From positions 300,001 through 332,000 of the forward strand of contig JBJLBP010000001.1 in the NCBI GenBank assembly GCA_045568075.1: a stretch of DNA of 32,000 nt, written 5' to 3'. The notes beneath the pieces were generated by a model. That model did not search any database. It was not told the origin of the DNA and was given only the letters and a program-made list of their open reading frames with translations. This document shows positions 7,257 through 14,882 of the stretch, piece after piece. This DNA is from Candidatus Thalassarchaeaceae archaeon (GTDB taxonomy: Archaea; Thermoplasmatota; Poseidoniia; Poseidoniales; Thalassarchaeaceae). Within the stretch, counting starts at the first letter, position 1. Every line of letters starts with the position of its first letter. The position numbers and the translations under genes were made by a program.

Positions 7257-9425
7257 GTGAAATCAATGACGATGGCAGCACACGACTCCTCTGCGCGGTG
7301 GCGGACTTTCTTCAATGAAGCCAAGGAATCGGAGATCGTTCTTCTCCTGTCAAAACAGTCTGAAAATGCTGTTCTTCCAATCACTTTCCACGAACTCCAG
7401 GCCTTCGACCCAGAGTTCGCCGAAGACGTGCTCATTGATCCACGCAATATCATCGATAACGGGCGTGACACGCTCACAGAGATCTGTCGTGAGCGCGGGG
7501 AGGACATCGATTGTCTGCTACGCGTGGGTGAACTGCCCAAGGACAGCAGGCGCGACCTTCGTGATGTGGGTAGCCGTGATATTGGGAAATTACGTAGCGC
7601 TGAAGTTATTGTGACAAAAATCAGCGAAATCAAGCCTCGTATTCACCGTGCTGTCTTCCAATGCGAGGCTTGCGGTCACACAGTAGAGAAGATTCAGGAC
7701 AACGAGCGCGAACTCAAGGAGCCGCTTCGTTGTCCCGAGGAAACTGGTTGTGGAGAGATAGCAGGCCGCTCTGGAGGAACCCGTTTCATATTGGTGATGA
7801 ACGTCTCTCGAATGGTAAACAACCAGTGGATAGAGGTGCAAGAGGTTCCCGAGAACGTGCCGAGTGGAGCCCAACCATCTCGCGCTCACGTTCTCGTTGA
7901 AGGCGAACTTGTGAACAAGCATCTTCCTGGTCAGAGGGTCATAATCAACATGATTCCAGTTGTTCATTCTGAGGTCAAGAGGAATAAGAAGACCCCGATG
8001 TTCGACATCATCTATCACCTCGTAAGTTCTGAGCACGAAAGCACTCCATTCACTGAGATCAAAATTTCTGATGAGGACCGCGAAGCAATCATCGATGTTG
8101 GCTCGCGCCCGGATCTTTTGCAATTGATGCAGCGCTCGATAGCGCCATCGATTTACGCCACCGGAGTAGTGCATTACGTCAAGCGCAGCCTCGCTCTCCA
8201 GCTCTTTGGAGGCGTATCTCGCATCAATAAGGACGCGACGCGCTCTCGCGGCGACGTCCACATCCTGCTAATGGGCGACCCTGGAGTCGCTAAATCCCAA
8301 CTTCTGAACTACATGTCAAAACTCTCACCGCGAGGCATGTTCGCGACCGGCGGTGGTGTCTCGGGCGCAGGTCTCACTGCCGCCGCTGTTCGCGACGATT
8401 TCGGTGGCGGCGGACGCTTCGCCCTCGAAGCCGGTATTCTTCCACTTTCAGACCGTGGAATGGCGGCGATCGACGAATTCGACAAGATTAGTGAGGAAGA
8501 TCGCCGCACCATGCACCCCGCTATGGAACAACAGCGCCTCGATGTCTCAAAGGGCGGTGTCAAAGCGACTCTGAACACCCGCTGCGCTGTATTGGCAGCA
8601 GCTAACCCGATCCGAGGGCGATTCACTAAGCGAGGTGCGAACGAGAGCGTTATGCATTCATTCAATGAGACAGGTCTTCCTCCAGCCCTCGCCTCTCGTT
8701 TCGACATCATCTGGATGTTGCGAGATGAGGTCCGGGTCGATGATGACGAGCGTATCGGTCGTCACATTCTCGAGATCAGAACTCAGGGAATCAGCGAGTC
8801 GAAGATTGACGAAGCGATGGAATTAGACCTCCGCGAAGCTGACGAGGGTCTGATTTACGACAAAGGAGTCGATGGTTCGGAGCACCTCACTGTAGAGTTT
8901 CTTCGCAAGTTCATCGCTTATGCTAAGCGTAACATCCACCCCGATCTCAACACCGACGCGAAGGCGCTGATTCTCGATTATTACACCAAGGAGAGACAGT
9001 CTTTCGGCCGAGATGAGCAACAGTATGCCGAGACCGAGGTAATCCCGATTACTCCGCGTGCGCTTGAGGGTCTGATTCGCTTGACTGAAGCTCACGCAAG
9101 AATGCATCTTCGCGAGATTGCCACAGCCGACGACGCGAAGATGGCGATGGCTATCTTCCGCCACTGGCGCGAGGAAGCAGGAATCGAGGATGAATCGGAA
9201 CTGATGTCCGGGGTGTCTGTTTCTCAAAGGAACGCGGGTAATGTAGTCAGAGCCGTATTACGAGACCTGTGCACAGACAAGGGTGTGGCTGAACTTACCA
9301 ATATCCTCAACCGCTGCGAAAACCGCGGTGTCAAGAATTTCCAAGTCGAAGAGGTGCTCTCTAACATGCTTCAGAGTGGCGAACTCTTCAGCCCTCGCAT
9401 CGAGGAGTATTCTTTCGCCCGCTGA
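7257..9425 (+). CDS. mcm: MCM replicative helicase (minichromosome maintenance protein).
   Basis: N-terminal C4 zinc motif CEACGH...CPEETGCGE, Walker A GDPGVAKSQLL, Walker B AAIDEFDK, arginine finger SRFDI, and a C-terminal winged-helix-like tail. No intein. The start may be ATG 7266 or 7272. Confidence 0.95.
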   Translation: MKSMTMAAHDSSARWRTFFNEAKESEIVLLLSKQSENAVLPITFHELQAFDPEFAEDVLIDPRNIIDNGRDTLTEICRERGEDIDCLLRVGELPKDSRRDLRDVGSRDIGKLRSAEVIVTKISEIKPRIHRAVFQCEACGHTVEKIQDNERELKEPLRCPEETGCGEIAGRSGGTRFILVMNVSRMVNNQWIEVQEVPENVPSGAQPSRAHVLVEGELVNKHLPGQRVIINMIPVVHSEVKRNKKTPMFDIIYHLVSSEHESTPFTEIKISDEDREAIIDVGSRPDLLQLMQRSIAPSIYATGVVHYVKRSLALQLFGGVSRINKDATRSRGDVHILLMGDPGVAKSQLLNYMSKLSPRGMFATGGGVSGAGLTAAAVRDDFGGGGRFALEAGILPLSDRGMAAIDEFDKISEEDRRTMHPAMEQQRLDVSKGGVKATLNTRCAVLAAANPIRGRFTKRGANESVMHSFNETGLPPALASRFDIIWMLRDEVRVDDDERIGRHILEIRTQGISESKIDEAMELDLREADEGLIYDKGVDGSEHLTVEFLRKFIAYAKRNIHPDLNTDAKALILDYYTKERQSFGRDEQQYAETEVIPITPRALEGLIRLTEAHARMHLREIATADDAKMAMAIFRHWREEAGIEDESELMSGVSVSQRNAGNVVRAVLRDLCTDKGVAELTNILNRCENRGVKNFQVEEVLSNMLQSGELFSPRIEEYSFAR

Positions 9426-9429
9426 GCCT

Positions 9430-11127
9430 ATGAGCGATGACCGTTCGCTTACCTTCGTGAGCAGCGGCGAGCCGCGCGGCGATATCTCGAAGCCCTCGGA
9501 TCTAGATCCACTGGGTCTTGGCTTCATGTGCGGCCTCGAAATCCATCAGCAACTCAAAACCGGCAAGCTGCATTCGCGCATGCCGAGCACACTCTATGAG
9601 GTGGGAATCGATGAGATACCCCCAGATTGGGAACGGCAGAGCCGCCGCCTTCGAGCTGCTCAGGGTGAGGGCGGCCGTGTCGACGTAGCGGCGCGCTTTG
9701 AGGCGCGCCGCAACCGCTCCTTCGTCTATGTTCAATCGCCTAATTCGGGTTTGATCGAATTAGACGAAGCACCTCCACTATCTCACGACGAAGCAGCCGT
9801 TAGCGCTGCTTTGACAATCAGCGCGATGATGGCTGCGAAGCCAGTTCCATTCTTGCAAGCTATGCGCAAGACGGTAATCGATGGCTCGAATACCAGTGGA
9901 TTTCAACGTACGACACTGATTGCAACCGACGGCAAGATTCAGACAGATTTGGGTGCCGTCGGCGTCGATGTAATCTGCCTCGAGGAGGATTCAGCTCGCA
10001 AATTAGACACTAAATCCACCGCGGGTGGGGAGGTAGTCATCTACACTCTCGATAGACTCGGAGTGCCCCTTGTTGAGATTGCAACCGCTCCAGATGTGCA
10101 GACTCCTGAGCATGCTAAGGAGACGGCACTCGCTCTAGGAACAATGCTCCGTGACACCCGTATGGTGCGTCGCGGATTGGGTTCGATTCGTCAGGATCTC
10201 AACGTCAGTATCGCTTGTGGTGACCGAGTCGAAATCAAGGGTTGTCAAGATCTAGATTGGATTCCTCGGATCATCCGACTTGAGATGGCTCGCCAATTAC
10301 ACATGTTCCGTCTCGCGACCGAACTTCGTTCCGAGGCGAGTCTTCCAGCACTTCCAAGCGACCGACGCGATGATCAAACTCCTGTCGAAAATCGCGTCGC
10401 CAAAGCCGCAGCAGCCCGAATTCCGATGCAACTCCAAGATGTGACTGGCGCCTTTGTCGACTGCACATCGACAATGATTGAGCGAGCACTGGCCAAGGGA
10501 GATAGCGTCAAATCAACAATCCTACCAGGATTCGCCGGCCGAATCGGAACCAAGCAATTAGACGAGGAGGGCTCTCAACTACCTCGCCTCGGCCGAGAAC
10601 TTGCTAGCGCCGCCAAATTAGCTGGTGTCGCAGGAATTTTCCACTCCGACGAACTACCAGCCTACGGAATCGGTCAGAAAGAGGTCGACACAATCAGAAC
10701 AGCCCTCGAGCTTGACGAATCAGATGCCTTCGTCCTCTGTGTAGCACCAGAGTGGCAAGCCGACCTCGCACTCGAATCAGTCATCACCCGAGCCCGCCAA
10801 GCCTACCACCGTATTCCGCAAGAAGTCCGCAACGTCGTCATTCGCAAGGGAGCGCCTGAAGACGGCACCACTACCGCCATGCGGCCACTTCCCGGTGGAG
10901 CGCGGATGTATCCGGAGACCGACATCCCAGTCGTGCCTCTCGACGAACAGCGCTGGTCGAGCATCAGTGATGATCTACCACTCAACAGAATCCAGAGAAA
11001 CGAGAGACTGAGCGCCTATGACATATCTAGTAACCAAGTAGAAGCCCTACTTGGAGCCGAACTTGATGATGTTCTCGTCACTGCTGTTGAAGGTGGACTA
11101 TACGGCTGCCCGAGGCGTGCCAGCTAA
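9430..11127 (+). CDS. gatE: Glutamyl-tRNA(Gln) amidotransferase subunit E (archaeal GatE), covering the catalytic core and insertion domain. It ends prematurely relative to the tail domain.
   Basis: GLEIHQQL cradle motif, TLIATDG, GVPLVEIATAPD, RQDLNVSI and ARMYPETDIP are GatB/GatE family hallmarks. ATG 9430 lies 4 nt after the mcm stop. The ORF stops at TAA 11125-11127. Confidence 0.85.
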   Translation: MSDDRSLTFVSSGEPRGDISKPSDLDPLGLGFMCGLEIHQQLKTGKLHSRMPSTLYEVGIDEIPPDWERQSRRLRAAQGEGGRVDVAARFEARRNRSFVYVQSPNSGLIELDEAPPLSHDEAAVSAALTISAMMAAKPVPFLQAMRKTVIDGSNTSGFQRTTLIATDGKIQTDLGAVGVDVICLEEDSARKLDTKSTAGGEVVIYTLDRLGVPLVEIATAPDVQTPEHAKETALALGTMLRDTRMVRRGLGSIRQDLNVSIACGDRVEIKGCQDLDWIPRIIRLEMARQLHMFRLATELRSEASLPALPSDRRDDQTPVENRVAKAAAARIPMQLQDVTGAFVDCTSTMIERALAKGDSVKSTILPGFAGRIGTKQLDEEGSQLPRLGRELASAAKLAGVAGIFHSDELPAYGIGQKEVDTIRTALELDESDAFVLCVAPEWQADLALESVITRARQAYHRIPQEVRNVVIRKGAPEDGTTTAMRPLPGGARMYPETDIPVVPLDEQRWSSISDDLPLNRIQRNERLSAYDISSNQVEALLGAELDDVLVTAVEGGLYGCPRRAS

Positions 11128-11131
11128 GGCA

Positions 11132-11572
11132 ATGGCATCGGCTATGCTCGACAATACTCGATTGGAGATTGCCGAAGGTACCGATTACGCAACCGAAGAG
11201 ATTCCTTGGCCCATTCTGACACTAGCCATCTACGCGCGCGAAGAAGGTATCATCACTCGCGAAGGTCTCGTATCGATGACTCGAACTCTTCTGCTTGAAG
11301 GCCCCTCATTCACTACCACAGAGTTCGAAGATCGTCTCAAATGGTTTGCAGCAAGGGCCGAGCAAGACGGCTTCACTCCAGCCGATTCATCAGCAGTCGA
11401 GGATGCTGTCAACGCCGTCCTTGCCGACCGTGTTGATTTCGTAAAAGAACGCGGTTTAGGCGCAATAGGGCCACTAATGGGTATGGTTATGGGTGAATTG
11501 GGAGGGGCTGCCGATGGTAAGATCGTTAGCCAGACCTTGAAGCAGAAAATCAACGAAATCTTGGAAGGTTGA
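11132..11572 (+). CDS. gatE: GatE C-terminal helical/YqeY-like tail domain, encoded in a different frame from the GatE core (a frameshifted or split gene).
   Basis: ...DRVDFVKERGLGAIGPLMGMVMGELGGAADGKIVSQTLKQKI is the GatB/YqeY tail signature. This frame is open from 11051. ATG 11132 is the first ATG after the upstream stop. Confidence 0.6.
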   Translation: MASAMLDNTRLEIAEGTDYATEEIPWPILTLAIYAREEGIITREGLVSMTRTLLLEGPSFTTTEFEDRLKWFAARAEQDGFTPADSSAVEDAVNAVLADRVDFVKERGLGAIGPLMGMVMGELGGAADGKIVSQTLKQKINEILEG

Positions 11573-11635
11573 TTGCTTTCAAGCACTGTTCATCCCGAGT
11601 AAATTGATAGACTATACACACAGCCATCGGCCTCC

Positions 11636-12187
11636 ATGGCGACGAATCTCAAACCTGTATCTCTCGTCGTCGTCGTCGTTCTCATCATCCTCACCCCAGC
11701 CATCCAGAACGAACTCCGTGACAAGGCTGCAACCTACGTCAACGATAGCGAATCCTCTCATGATGGACTACCTGACTCGTGGAATAACCAACAGGTGCTT
11801 TGCGTCATGTTCCCAACCGACGCACCTCACTCCGAGTTTGCAACAGGCGTCACCATGATCGAAACCGACGGAACCACACTCGGCGTTAACACCGACTTCA
11901 ACGGAACCGGGGCTTGTGTCGGTGGCTTCACTGGCTATACTGAGGGCATGCCCTTCTTCCTCGACGCGACGAATGGTACTGATGGCGATCTTGCAGTCGG
12001 TTACGACATGGGTGACTGGGGTCCCTATGTTCACACAATTGGTGGACTGAACGCCAACAATCTCACCGGAGATTTCACTGGAGCCTACTGGGAATTGCAC
12101 CACAATGGGGAAATTTCGATGGTTGGAATAGGCGATGTTTTGCTCTCCGAAGGTGATGTTCTGCTCTGGCGCATCGGCACATGGTGA
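11636..12187 (+). CDS. DUF4430-domain protein (transcobalamin-like beta domain) with an N-terminal membrane anchor or signal.
   Basis: N-terminal hydrophobic VSLVVVVVLIILT. The C-terminal GPYVHTIGGLNANNLTGDFTGAYWELHHNGEISMVGIGDVLLSEGDVLLWRIG fits the DUF4430 pattern (xIxGxx...gWxyxvNGxxxxxGxxxxxLxxGDxixW). Confidence 0.6.
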   Translation: MATNLKPVSLVVVVVLIILTPAIQNELRDKAATYVNDSESSHDGLPDSWNNQQVLCVMFPTDAPHSEFATGVTMIETDGTTLGVNTDFNGTGACVGGFTGYTEGMPFFLDATNGTDGDLAVGYDMGDWGPYVHTIGGLNANNLTGDFTGAYWELHHNGEISMVGIGDVLLSEGDVLLWRIGTW

Positions 12188-12245
12188 GTGTGTAATTCAG
12201 CAACCATGAAGTGGGACCTGACATCCAGACAGACGGGGTTACTCC

Positions 12246-12899
12246 ATGTACGACTTCCACAACATCGCTTTGACACCGACTCAGGCATTCCTACTGAACG
12301 CTGGAATCCTCTCCGTGATCGTCCTTGCCTTACTTCGAAGTGAGCGTAAATTGGATGATTCTAACCCGCTCGCGATGCTCGCGATTTTGGCTATTTTTGG
12401 AATCGGTGGAAGGGTTCTGCTTGAGCCTCTCCCTAACGTCCAGCCTGTGACTGTAATCGTGTTACTGGCTGGTATTTACTACGGCGCCCCACGTGCGCTT
12501 GCTCTCGCAGGTATCATCGCGCTCGTCTCAAACGTCGCTGTCCTCGGCCATGGCCCTTGGACGCTATTTCAGGTGGTTGGATGGGGAGCTGTCGGCCTTG
12601 CTGGCGCTTTGTTCGCCGACCGACTTCTGAAGGATGGCGAGCTGCAATTGCACCGAGTTGCAGCGCTCGCCATGATTTCTGGAATTGCTTTCAATTGGAT
12701 TGTATCTTCGAGCATCTTGTTGAAGACTGATGTATCGATGCTCGCGCCTTACTTGTTGAATGGATTACTCTACGATCTCTACCACGCTGTTGGCAACCTC
12801 GTCTTCGTCGCGTGGCTCGCAGCCCCGCTGGGCGAGATAATGCTGCGTCATAGGGTCAAGCCAAGCGCCGAAGCGGTGAGCGAAGTTGTCACAAACTGA
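12246..12899 (+). CDS. Polytopic membrane protein, ECF-transporter S-component-like (about 6 TM).
   Basis: 217 aa with alternating hydrophobic helices. NVQPVTVIVLLAGIYYGAPRALALAGIIALVSNV resembles the conserved loop/helix of ECF S components. It is adjacent to a DUF4430 gene, which is a recurrent pairing. Confidence 0.45.
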   Translation: MYDFHNIALTPTQAFLLNAGILSVIVLALLRSERKLDDSNPLAMLAILAIFGIGGRVLLEPLPNVQPVTVIVLLAGIYYGAPRALALAGIIALVSNVAVLGHGPWTLFQVVGWGAVGLAGALFADRLLKDGELQLHRVAALAMISGIAFNWIVSSSILLKTDVSMLAPYLLNGLLYDLYHAVGNLVFVAWLAAPLGEIMLRHRVKPSAEAVSEVVTN

Positions 12900-12906
12900 G
12901 CTCACA

Positions 12907-13251
12907 ATGGTCCTTGTGACCCGAGCCGACCTCAAGCTATCCAAAGGCAAGTTGGCTGCCCAGTGTGGTCATGCTGTGATGGAATGTGCACTGCGTGCCA
13001 AGAAAGAGTCCCCGAGAGAACTCGACCGCTACCGGCGCGAGGGGGCTCGGAAAATTGTTTGCAAAGCGGCTGATGAAGAGGCCCTTCGTAAGATTCTAGC
13101 TCATGCCAAGTCAGCGGGTGTCATCGCATATCTGGTGAAGGATGCGGGCCATACTGAGATACCTCCTGGAACGGTAACAGTTGTAGGACTTGGGCCCGGC
13201 CCGCGCGGTGAAATCGACAAGATTACCGGTCACCTCCAACTCATGGGATAA
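12907..13251 (+). CDS. pth2: Peptidyl-tRNA hydrolase, archaeal/eukaryotic type (Pth2).
   Basis: MVLVTRADLKLSKGKLAAQCGHAV...KIVCKA...VKDAGHTEIPPGTVTVVGLGP...IDKITGHLQL is the Pth2 family pattern. I prefer ATG 12907 (114 aa) over the ORF-track TTG 12886. Confidence 0.9.
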   Translation: MVLVTRADLKLSKGKLAAQCGHAVMECALRAKKESPRELDRYRREGARKIVCKAADEEALRKILAHAKSAGVIAYLVKDAGHTEIPPGTVTVVGLGPGPRGEIDKITGHLQLMG

Positions 13252-13334
13252 GCGCCTAATTCGCTCCTATCCAACCCGTTCGTGTCATCGGCTGGCACAG
13301 TCGAAACCGAGCGTTCCTCCCGAAACGAAAGAAG

Positions 13335-13406
13335 CCCCCACAGAGGGATTCCTCTGAGGGGGGTGTTGAGAGATTCGGCGAAGCTGGGAGACCGAAGTCC
13401 CCCAGC
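13335..13406. terminator. Two GC-rich hairpins between convergent genes.
   Basis: Hairpin 1: CCCCCACAGAGG-gatt-CCTCTGAGGGGG (13335-13362, one mismatch). Hairpin 2: GCTGGGAGAC-cgaa-GTCCCCCAGC (13383-13406, one mismatch). On the minus strand they are followed by the T-rich CTTCTTTCGTTTCG (13334-13321). Confidence 0.45.
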
Positions 13407-13447
13407 CTGCCTTACGTGGTTCAGAATCTGTTAATCACTGATTCAGT

Positions 13448-14074
13448 TCAAAGTTGGTCTTCGAGCATTCCGCCCAATAGAGCGCCAACGCCGATTACGA
13501 CACCGTCGAGTACCCAAGTACTCGCAGCCTCGACCATGTTTCCGCTACCCATGACTTCAGCAGCCATTGTGTCAGCACCGGTAACACCTGCGCCGAGTGC
13601 TCCTGCCATAGCAACCACAGCGAATGCGGTCATCCAGCCATCACACCTTGATGCAATAGCACCAATCAATGCACCAGCAGCGACCATCATCAGCATAGGC
13701 CATAGGTCAAATGCCCACATGGTGACGATTTCATCGCCACCAGTGTCTGCTGCTCCATCGACTCCTGCTACAATATCAGTCAGTCCTGCTGCATCTACAG
13801 TGCCTTCGCCTACCATTGCAAGTGCTAAGCCAGCACCAACAACCTGCATTACCAGTCGCATCACGTTTCCGATCCACGCATCTGTGTCCTGTAGGTCACC
13901 AGTCATTGCACTGATCCAGGTGAACATAGGCAGAACGTGTGCTCCTGCCATAGCCGCCATGACGACAGCGAGTAGTACTCCCATCATCACAGCATTGCCT
14001 TCACCGAGAACCAGCCACGACACCGCGAAAGCGCCGCCAAGTTCTGCCATGTTCGTTTTCCAATCCATTTCCAT
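13448..14074 (-). CDS. Gly/Ala-rich polytopic membrane protein. It may be a divergent MIP/aquaporin-like channel without NPA motifs.
   Basis: Strong SD on the minus strand (GGTGAGGAGGA, 14091-14081) lies 6 nt before the ATG (14074). Two internal half-repeats resemble MIP halves: AELGGAFAVSWLVLG...GAHVLPMFTW...QVVGAG, and AFDLWPMLMMVAAG...GADTMAAEVMG. The overlapping plus-strand ORF is a low-complexity shadow. Confidence 0.6.
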   Translation of the reverse strand: MEMDWKTNMAELGGAFAVSWLVLGEGNAVMMGVLLAVVMAAMAGAHVLPMFTWISAMTGDLQDTDAWIGNVMRLVMQVVGAGLALAMVGEGTVDAAGLTDIVAGVDGAADTGGDEIVTMWAFDLWPMLMMVAAGALIGAIASRCDGWMTAFAVVAMAGALGAGVTGADTMAAEVMGSGNMVEAASTWVLDGVVIGVGALLGGMLEDQL

Positions 14075-14080
14075 ATTATT

Positions 14081-14091
14081 TCCTCCTCACC
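14081..14091 (-). promoter_or_regulatory. Shine-Dalgarno site for the 13448-14074 gene.
   Basis: The minus strand reads GGTGAGGAGGAAATAATATG. Confidence 0.6.
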
Positions 14092-14196
14092 TAAGCGAGT
14101 GCTCTCGCGCTATTCGGCGACTATATAATCGGAACTGACTGAAACCGGAAAAAAATACCGTTTTTGCTACATTTTTCAGAAACCCGGTGTGCCTGA

Positions 14197-14238
14197 CAAC
14201 ACTTGATATCCAACACTTCATTGAGTGTTCTTAACACC
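14197..14238 (+). promoter_or_regulatory. Candidate operator: AACAC(T/C) direct repeats plus a 6-bp inverted repeat, upstream of the cupin gene.
   Basis: ACAACACTT (14197-14205), CCAACACTT (14210-14218), TTAACACC (14231-14238), and AACACT-tcattg-AGTGTT (14212-14229). Confidence 0.3.
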
Positions 14239-14243
14239 ATCCG

Positions 14244-14834
14244 GTGCTACGCACCGTATCCCGAACCGTCAAGAATCGCCACCCACCCTCGCTACCCATG
14301 GTGGTGCAGGTCGCCCTCGATCCAGATGTCCGTGAAACCCTGCTTACCGAGTGTACAGGCCTTACAGGCCTGGTTAATTGGCTCGACACCATAGATCGCC
14401 GCCCAGGGCTAGCAGAACTCGATGAACACCTGAGCGGCCTCGAAATCAATGTCGCAGCTCTCAAGGATTGCATCGGCTACGCCGATGATGGTTACCAGCG
14501 TAATCTCATCAAAAAAACCGAGTTCTACGAACTCGTCGCAATCTGCTGGACCCCTGGTCAAGACACTCCCATCCATGATCACGTTGGCTCAGACTGCGCC
14601 TTCCTCATTGCAGAAGGCGTCTCTACCGAGACGATCTACGAGTTGAATGACGAGGGCCTTGCGGTGCCCACGGAGGTCAGAACATACCAGGTCGGAGAGG
14701 TCTGTGCGGCAGAAGAACCCGACATTCACCGTGTTTCAAATGATACGAATGGCGAACTCATAAATGTCCACGTCTACACTCCCCCTCTGCACGCTTACAA
14801 CATTTACATGCCTGCTTCCGAATCGACTGCGTAG
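14244..14834 (+). CDS. Cysteine dioxygenase type I-like cupin (CDO family).
   Basis: YQRNLI...ELVAICWTPGQDTPIHDHVGSDCAFLIAEGVSTETIYE...IHRVSN matches the CDO_I cupin motifs (W-x-P-G-Q-x-S/T-x-I-H-D-H...G-x-L-x-E). The start is uncertain: GTG 14244 or ATG 14298. Confidence 0.7.
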   Translation: MLRTVSRTVKNRHPPSLPMVVQVALDPDVRETLLTECTGLTGLVNWLDTIDRRPGLAELDEHLSGLEINVAALKDCIGYADDGYQRNLIKKTEFYELVAICWTPGQDTPIHDHVGSDCAFLIAEGVSTETIYELNDEGLAVPTEVRTYQVGEVCAAEEPDIHRVSNDTNGELINVHVYTPPLHAYNIYMPASESTA

Positions 14835-14882
14835 CAGTCGCGAAATAATTGAAATCGAATTCACCATCGACGCTGTATTTTC

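Noticed and set aside
7238-8710. Minus-strand ORFs of 131, 223 and 133 aa, and plus-strand alternative-frame ORFs, inside mcm.
   Set aside because: All lie within the MCM CDS, whose motifs are unambiguous. The alternative translations are Arg/Ser-rich with no motifs.
11604-11858. 84-aa Ser-rich ORF overlapping the start of the DUF4430 gene.
   Set aside because: It is in an alternative frame of a better-supported gene and has a low-complexity SSSSSFSSSS translation.
13416-14138. 240-aa plus-strand ORF, very rich in Ala/Pro/Ser/Thr.
   Set aside because: It is exactly antisense to the 13448-14074 minus-strand gene. That gene has a strong SD (GGTGAGGAGGA) and a coherent TM-helix pattern. The plus-strand translation is low-complexity, as expected for the complement of a Gly/Ala-rich gene, so it is a shadow ORF.
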